A DNA stretch of 24,000 nucleotides. It comes from Caulobacteraceae bacterium. GTDB lineage: Bacteria; Pseudomonadota; Alphaproteobacteria; Caulobacterales; Caulobacteraceae. Made by a program: the position numbers and the translations under genes. Below the pieces are notes generated by a model that saw nothing but the letters and a program-made list of their open reading frames with translations, did no database searches and had not been told where the DNA came from. The stretch is from NCBI GenBank assembly GCA_036488995.1, contig DASXGQ010000025.1, positions 1 through 24,000 on the forward strand, read 5' to 3'. Within the stretch, counting starts at the first letter, position 1, and each line of letters begins with the position of its first letter. Of this stretch, positions 23,718-24,000 are shown in pieces.

Positions 23718-24000
23718 CTAATGCTCCTTGGCCGCATCGCTGCGGGCGCGCACTGCAGGACTCGCCAGATCCACGCACGCCCCGTCGACCCCGCCGGCGA
23801 AGAGGGCGGTGAGCGCGCGGCGGGCGTCGCCCGGCTTTAGGGGCGGTCCGAAGATGTCGCCCGCGCCGCTCACCCAGGCGTGCACGGCGAGTCCCGCGCC
23901 ATGGGCGTTCTCGACCAGCCCGCCCACCTTCAGCGATTTCGGATCGGACACGTCGAGGACCCACTCGGCCGGAAGCGCGACGGTCGTGAGGCCGGCGGCG
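23718..24000 (-). CDS. Glycerophosphodiester phosphodiesterase-like C-terminal fragment (runs off right edge)
   Basis: ...AAGLTTVALPAEWVLDVSDPKSLKVGGLVENAHGAGLAVHAWVSGAGDIFGPPLKPGDARRALTALFAGGVDGACVDLASPAVRARSDAAKEH*. The pattern 'ahaaGl.VhaW' followed by 'GVDGa..D' resembles GDPD C-termini. Confidence 0.55.
   Translation of the reverse strand, partial: AAGLTTVALPAEWVLDVSDPKSLKVGGLVENAHGAGLAVHAWVSGAGDIFGPPLKPGDARRALTALFAGGVDGACVDLASPAVRARSDAAKEH

Noticed and set aside
23626-23964. N-terminal extension of the 611-aa Ada/AlkA ORF
   Set aside because: Low-complexity Arg-rich sequence overlapping the GDPD-like gene; homology starts at MTLDPDICYRAL (23625).

Overview
GC-rich alphaproteobacterial (Caulobacterales-like) chromosomal window; the lineage call rests mainly on a GcrA homologue. 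From left to right it contains: a CheB / CheR-PAS-histidine-kinase sensory locus on the minus strand, split by a reading-frame change; two small single-domain response regulators; a TetR regulator divergent from an unusually AT-rich VOC-fold gene; a roughly 90-bp element with terminal inverted repeats, flanked by CTAG and wedged between two stop codons; a fatty acid desaturase; a slipin/SPFH protein; a BON-domain protein; a gene-poor stretch with possible small ORFs; gcrA; an ABC-2 permease; argD-argF; an MDR-family oxidoreductase; a large uncharacterised exported protein; cydD-cydC; two small membrane ORFs; an Ada/AlkA fusion followed by an O6-alkylguanine methyltransferase; and the end of a GDPD-like gene. 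I found no CRISPR array, phage, toxin-antitoxin or obvious defence system. Best leads: the 5009-5102 MITE-like element beside the AT-rich VOC gene, the 7-7-7 palindrome upstream of tetR, the CheB/CheR frame break, the novel exported protein 14944-17514, and the cell-cycle-type sites upstream of gcrA. Most long antisense ORFs in the track look like GC-rich shadow frames.
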